Shown piece by piece: positions 59,059 through 64,000 of a DNA stretch of 64,000 bases (positions are counted from its first letter, which is position 1; each line of letters starts with the position of its first letter). The position numbers were made by a program, and so were the translations under genes. Below the pieces are notes generated by a model, which had not been told where the DNA came from, did no database searches, and worked only from the letters and a program-made list of their open reading frames with translations. Source of the stretch: Opitutales bacterium (GTDB taxonomy: Bacteria > Verrucomicrobiota > Verrucomicrobiia > Opitutales > PNEW01); contig CBDANS010000007.1 in the NCBI GenBank assembly GCA_965197745.1, positions 384,001-448,000 of the forward strand, written 5' to 3'.

Positions 59059-60846
59059 TTACCAGCCGATGGCATAACAGGATCTTCGCTGATCGGCTCC
59101 CGTGCTGAGCATACCGGTAAGAGGGTCCCTGCGTGCCACCGTGGCTCCCATACCGCAAACTTCTTTATGCACTATCTTATGCCCCAGTGCGGTTAAAGAC
59201 GCTTCCGTCTCCGGCGGAGATCCATCTTCCAAAGCCAGTTGACCGGGGAAATAATGATGGGGATAAAAAGAATCCGGCATACTGTCCGTGCCAAAACGTG
59301 GCGCTTCGACAGCTTCCTGGGGATTCATCTTAAAGAGGAGGGTATTGAGGATTAATTGCAGGCAAGCTTGAGTTTGTTGATCTCCACCGGGGCAGCCTAT
59401 AGTCATCTCCGGCTTTCCTTCTTTCATTAAAATATAGTTAACGAGGGTCGTTCTTGGACGTTTGCCGGGTTCGAGTCGATTGGGATGGTTCTTCTCGAGA
59501 TTGAACATCTCAATGCGAGTACTGAAAGTGCAACCTAGTTCAGGGAAAAAAACAGCATCACTCAAGGAACCACCGCTGGGTGTGGCGCATATCATGTTAC
59601 CTTCTTCGTCCAATACCGCAATGTGAGTAGTTCCCTGGTTGTGACCGGACTGACCTGTGGTAGCGGTCGGAACGGGAACCGGATGAGAAACCGGTTTCCC
59701 CTCATGAGTGGAATAGAGCCAGGGGTTACCGGCTGGAGGAAGTTCGGGGTAGGCGCGATCAGTTTTGATAAGCGTGGCGCGCTCAGCTCCGTAATCTTTA
59801 GCGATTAAACCATCAATAGGGATAGTGGAAAAATCAGGGTCGCCGTAGTATGCCGCTCGATCGGCAAATGCCAGTTTAAAAGCTTCGACGATGGTATGTA
59901 TGTAGCGGGGTGAATTGTACCCCATAGAGACAAGATCAAATTTTTCTAAAATATTCAGAGTCTGCATCAATACAGCGGACTGACTCCATGTAGAGTGCCC
60001 GCAAATTACGTACCCGGCAAATTCACTTGTAATCGGTTGGTCGTATTTCGCATGGTAAGTTGCAAGGTCTTCAAGGGTGAGAATACCACCAACGCGTTGA
60101 GCGCAATCGACAATTAATTCCGCGATGTCACCTCGGTAGAATGAATCGCGTGCGGCCTTAAGTCCGGCTTTACGGTCTCCTGATTCCTTCGATTCCGCTT
60201 CGACGAGTTTCTTTAATGTATTGGCCAGACCTTTTTGGACCAGGAGTGAGCCGGGTTGAGGGAGCGCGCCATCCCGAAAAAAAATATCCATGCACCCGGG
60301 AGGAAAATTTCTACTCTGTTCACCTATTGTCTCTGGATTAAGCCGGTGGAGCATGTACTCATAGAATGGAAATCCAGTATCGGCATAATAAATTACGGAT
60401 TCCAGGACATCACATAATTTTTTTCTACCATAACGTTCAAGGAGAGAAATATATGCATCGACAACTCCAGGCACGGTCATGGCAAGATGAGCCAGTGGTC
60501 CCGGCCCTTTTGGGATACATTCGAGATTATGTGATTTATAAAAATCTACGGTGGCCATGGCCGGCGCGCATCCCTGCCCACTCAAAGAGAGAAGATCACC
60601 AGAATCCGCATGGTAGAGCATAAATACACCTTCAGCTCCTAATGAATAAGAACCGGTCGGTTCAAAAACCGCGGCGGCAAATCCAGCGGCAACAAGCGCG
60701 TCAAAGGCATTTCCCCCCTTCTGTAATATTTGCATACCTGCCATTGAAGTGAGGTAGTGTCCGCTGGAGATTATTCCCTGCTTCGCATAAATGACAGGCC
60801 TGCCAGTGCTCCCCCAAATACTCTCTTTATCTTTTAATGATGACAT
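59059..60846 (-). CDS. Gamma-glutamyltransferase-family (Ntn hydrolase) protein
   Basis: GGNAFDA, TVPG, FYRGDIA, LAFADR, nucleophile GTTH, PGKRPRTT, GADQR. Confidence 0.92.
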   Translation of the reverse strand: MSSLKDKESIWGSTGRPVIYAKQGIISSGHYLTSMAGMQILQKGGNAFDALVAAGFAAAVFEPTGSYSLGAEGVFMLYHADSGDLLSLSGQGCAPAMATVDFYKSHNLECIPKGPGPLAHLAMTVPGVVDAYISLLERYGRKKLCDVLESVIYYADTGFPFYEYMLHRLNPETIGEQSRNFPPGCMDIFFRDGALPQPGSLLVQKGLANTLKKLVEAESKESGDRKAGLKAARDSFYRGDIAELIVDCAQRVGGILTLEDLATYHAKYDQPITSEFAGYVICGHSTWSQSAVLMQTLNILEKFDLVSMGYNSPRYIHTIVEAFKLAFADRAAYYGDPDFSTIPIDGLIAKDYGAERATLIKTDRAYPELPPAGNPWLYSTHEGKPVSHPVPVPTATTGQSGHNQGTTHIAVLDEEGNMICATPSGGSLSDAVFFPELGCTFSTRIEMFNLEKNHPNRLEPGKRPRTTLVNYILMKEGKPEMTIGCPGGDQQTQACLQLILNTLLFKMNPQEAVEAPRFGTDSMPDSFYPHHYFPGQLALEDGSPPETEASLTALGHKIVHKEVCGMGATVARRDPLTGMLSTGADQRRSCYAIGW

Positions 60847-61050
60847 GATATGAATGCTTTAAGCGGTCTAACATATAATTGAGACAAACCAAACGATGGA
60901 GGAAGTAAGCGGGTGACATTTTGTATAACTTATGGGGACTTGCGTGGTCAATTTAAAGATTTAGAATATGAAAAGACCTTGTAATGAAAAAAACGATGTT
61001 AAAGATAGAGAAAATAGATAAATTTTTAGTCGGGTAGTAGCCGAGTTAAG

Positions 61051-64000
61051 ATGCTGTTGAACAAGCCAGATGTAGAAACCTTTGAATTTCATCCCGCGGT
61101 AGCTCGCTGGTTTGAAGATCGATTTGAAACGCCGACGGATCCACAAAAACAGGGGTGGCCGGCAATACAGTCCGGTCGGCACACTTTAATTTCCGCGCCG
61201 ACAGGTTCGGGAAAGACATTGGCCGCATTTCTAGCCGCTTTGGATCAGCTGTTTAAAGAGGGACTGGAGAGAACCCTTCCCGATGAAACCCGGGTCCTTT
61301 ACGTGTCTCCACTCAAAGCTCTCAGTAATGATATTCGTAAAAACCTTGAAGATCCTCTAAGCGGGATCCGGTCCTATCTTTTGGAAAGTGAACTTCGCGA
61401 GGTGGATGTTCGAGCCGAGGTGCGCACCGGGGACACCCCTTCATCGAAACGACAGGCAATCGTGAAAAATCCGCCACACATTCTGGTGACCACCCCGGAG
61501 TCGTTCTACCTCCTACTTACTTCTGAATCGGGAAGAAGGACGCTTGCTACGGTTCAAACGCTGATCGTTGATGAAATACATGCTGTTGTTGACAATCGCC
61601 GCGGTTCACACCTGGCGATAAGCATAGAACGTCTGGCAGCCCTTGTCGAAGGACCCCTGCAGCGTATCGGTCTTTCGGCGACCCAGAAGCCGATAGAAAG
61701 CGTGGCACAGTTTCTGGTAGGTGCTCGTGCCGTGGAAGATAATGGCAATCCACAATGCACCATTGTCAATACCGGTCATTCACGAGAGATGGACCTTGCC
61801 GTGGTCCTTCCCTCTTCACCTTTGGATGCAGTTATGGCAAATGAGGTATGGGAGGAAATTTACAGTCGCCTTTCAGAATTGATAAACGAGCATAATACCA
61901 CCCTTGTATTCGTAAACACGCGCCGTCTGGCTGAAAGGGTAAGCCATCATTTATGCGAACGTTTGGGATCTGAGATAGTAAGCTCTCATCATGGAAGTCT
62001 TTCGGCGAAGCTAAGGCTCGACGCGGAGGACCGTCTTAAAAAGGGAGATCTCAAAGCGCTTGTTGCCACGGCCTCACTCGAATTGGGCATAGATATAGGA
62101 TCTATCGATCTGGTTTGTCAGATAGGTTCTACACGTTCTATATCCACATTTCTTCAGCGAGTAGGCCGGGCAGAGCATAAAAGGGGTGGTTTACCGAAAG
62201 GCAGACTGTTTCCATTAAGTCGCGATGAGTTGGTGGAGTGTGCGGCGACCATTCGCAGTGTTCGCAAGGGAGAATTGGATTGCCTGCACATACCGGAAAA
62301 ACCGCTCGATATACTCGCCCAACAGATTGTCGCCTGTACGGCCTGTGAAGATTGGGATGAAGATAAGCTCTTCACGATGATTAAGAATGCTTTTCCATAT
62401 CGCTCATTAACCCGAAAAGAATTCGACGACGTGGTCAGGATGCTGGCGGAGGGAATAAGCACTAAGTATGGACGGAAGGGGGCGCTTATTCACCATGACG
62501 CGATCAATCATCGTTTACGCTCGCGACGAGGAGCCCGTATAGTTGCTCTCACCTCCGGGGGGGCAATACCTGACAACGCGGATTATCGCGTTGTGCTCGA
62601 ACCTACAGAAACGTTTATCGGCACGGTGAACGAAGATTTTGCTATTGAAAGTATGGCGGGAGATATCTTTCAACTTGGAAATGCTTCGTGGAGAATAATC
62701 AGGGTCAATTCGGGCATGGTGCGCGTGGAGGATGCGCAGGGTCTGCCTCCCAGTATTCCATTTTGGCTGGGGGAAGCACCAGCCCGGACAAACGAACTGT
62801 CTGAAGCGGTATCGGAACTGCGGTCTGGGATTGAAGGGCGATTGGATGATACTGAAAATTTAAATAAATGGTTAATGGATGAGACGGGAATTGACTACAG
62901 TGCTGCCCATCAAATCACAGAATATTATAAAGCTACTTATGATGCCTTGGGGGTGATTCCATCGCAAAAGAACCTGGTCATGGAACGGTTCTTTGATGAA
63001 TCGGGCGGCATGCAATTGATTGTGCACTCCCCATTCGGAAACCGCGTCAATCGAGCCTGGGGGTTAGCGCTGCGAAAAAGATTTTGCCGCTCATTTAATT
63101 TTGAGCTTCAGGCCGCAGCTACGGATGACTCCATCGTTATTTCCCTGGGAACTCAGCACTCCTTTCCCCTCGATGAAGTGTTTCACTATTTAAATCCTAA
63201 AACAGTGTGCGATTTACTTGTCCAGGCGCTTCTCGATGCTCCGATGTTTCCCATCCGCTGGCGTTGGAATGCGGGAAGATCATTGGCTGTTCAGAGGCAG
63301 TGCGGGGGACGCAAAAATCCGCCGCCCATACAGCGAATGGAAGCGGAAAACCTTATGGCTGCGGTGTTCCCGGATCAACTCGCGTGCCTCGAACATATTG
63401 TCGGTGATCGGGAGATACCGGACCACCCGCTTGTTAAGCAGACGATTGATGACTGCCTGGTGGAAGCCATGGACATCGATGGCTTGATCGCGATACTGGA
63501 AAAGATAGGCAGTGGTAATATCCGGTGCATCGCGCTGGATTTGCCGGAACCTTCTCCTCTCGCTCATGAAATTCTCCATGCCAAGCCCTATGCATTTTTG
63601 GATAATGCACCGTTAGAAGAGCGGCGCACTCAAGCCGTATACACACGGCGCGCCCACGAATCTTCTTCAAGCGGGAATCTCGGAAAACTGGATATTTCAG
63701 CCATTGAGAAAGTCTGCGACGAGGCGTGGCCTCGAGCTGAAAATGCTGATGAAATGCATGATGCCTTACTTCTCCTGGGGGCATTAAATTTAGAAGAAGT
63801 TGAGCGAGGAGTAACCGGTAGCCGTTTCGATAATGAAGGAAATGGGAGTGGAGATAAAACCGGGGAGTCATTTTTAGATTCCCTGACGAATGAAATGCGA
63901 GCGGGACGAATCCAGGTAAAGGATGAGGTTAATGGCAGGATAAAAACATTCTGGATAGCTGCTGAACGGTTATTGATGCTATTGGCGATTTATCCCGGCA
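61051..64000 (+). CDS. lhr: Lhr-family DEAD/DEAH-box helicase, truncated by the window end
   Basis: ATG 61051: [58 protein letters not shown]; frame open to 64000. Confidence 0.93.
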   Translation, partial: MLLNKPDVETFEFHPAVARWFEDRFETPTDPQKQGWPAIQSGRHTLISAPTGSGKTLAAFLAALDQLFKEGLERTLPDETRVLYVSPLKALSNDIRKNLEDPLSGIRSYLLESELREVDVRAEVRTGDTPSSKRQAIVKNPPHILVTTPESFYLLLTSESGRRTLATVQTLIVDEIHAVVDNRRGSHLAISIERLAALVEGPLQRIGLSATQKPIESVAQFLVGARAVEDNGNPQCTIVNTGHSREMDLAVVLPSSPLDAVMANEVWEEIYSRLSELINEHNTTLVFVNTRRLAERVSHHLCERLGSEIVSSHHGSLSAKLRLDAEDRLKKGDLKALVATASLELGIDIGSIDLVCQIGSTRSISTFLQRVGRAEHKRGGLPKGRLFPLSRDELVECAATIRSVRKGELDCLHIPEKPLDILAQQIVACTACEDWDEDKLFTMIKNAFPYRSLTRKEFDDVVRMLAEGISTKYGRKGALIHHDAINHRLRSRRGARIVALTSGGAIPDNADYRVVLEPTETFIGTVNEDFAIESMAGDIFQLGNASWRIIRVNSGMVRVEDAQGLPPSIPFWLGEAPARTNELSEAVSELRSGIEGRLDDTENLNKWLMDETGIDYSAAHQITEYYKATYDALGVIPSQKNLVMERFFDESGGMQLIVHSPFGNRVNRAWGLALRKRFCRSFNFELQAAATDDSIVISLGTQHSFPLDEVFHYLNPKTVCDLLVQALLDAPMFPIRWRWNAGRSLAVQRQCGGRKNPPPIQRMEAENLMAAVFPDQLACLEHIVGDREIPDHPLVKQTIDDCLVEAMDIDGLIAILEKIGSGNIRCIALDLPEPSPLAHEILHAKPYAFLDNAPLEERRTQAVYTRRAHESSSSGNLGKLDISAIEKVCDEAWPRAENADEMHDALLLLGALNLEEVERGVTGSRFDNEGNGSGDKTGESFLDSLTNEMRAGRIQVKDEVNGRIKTFWIAAERLLMLLAIYPG

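Overview
A 64-kb gene-dense bacterial chromosomal segment with no rRNA, tRNA or CRISPR. It is probably from Verrucomicrobiota (Opitutae-like), inferred from the A|FTLVE prepilin trio, the DUF1573-rhodanese-MauE cluster and a recognisable C-terminal surface-protein domain. Content: (i) catabolic genes for sugar acids and small organics (3 SDRs, D-2-hydroxyacid dehydrogenase, enolase-superfamily enzyme, tandem FAH, HpcH aldolase, RraA-like, PhyH dioxygenase, two SSS transporters, one fused to a Kelch/NanM-like propeller, and an Asp-box sialidase-like protein); (ii) three secreted proteins that share two unnamed C-terminal modules in mix-and-match fashion (9650-11860, 11857-13413, 27148-29748), the best candidate for an undescribed system; (iii) an ECF sigma-LRR fusion and many two-component genes; (iv) a minor-pilin trio and a kinase-regulator-GspE/PilB operon; (v) an intact IS3-family element with 4-bp target duplication; (vi) intergenic mosaics of inverted and heptameric repeats; (vii) at least four genes broken by a single stop or frameshift, plus two gene relics; (viii) an Lhr helicase running off the right end, absent from the ORF track. 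All family assignments come from motif recognition by eye; no searches were run.
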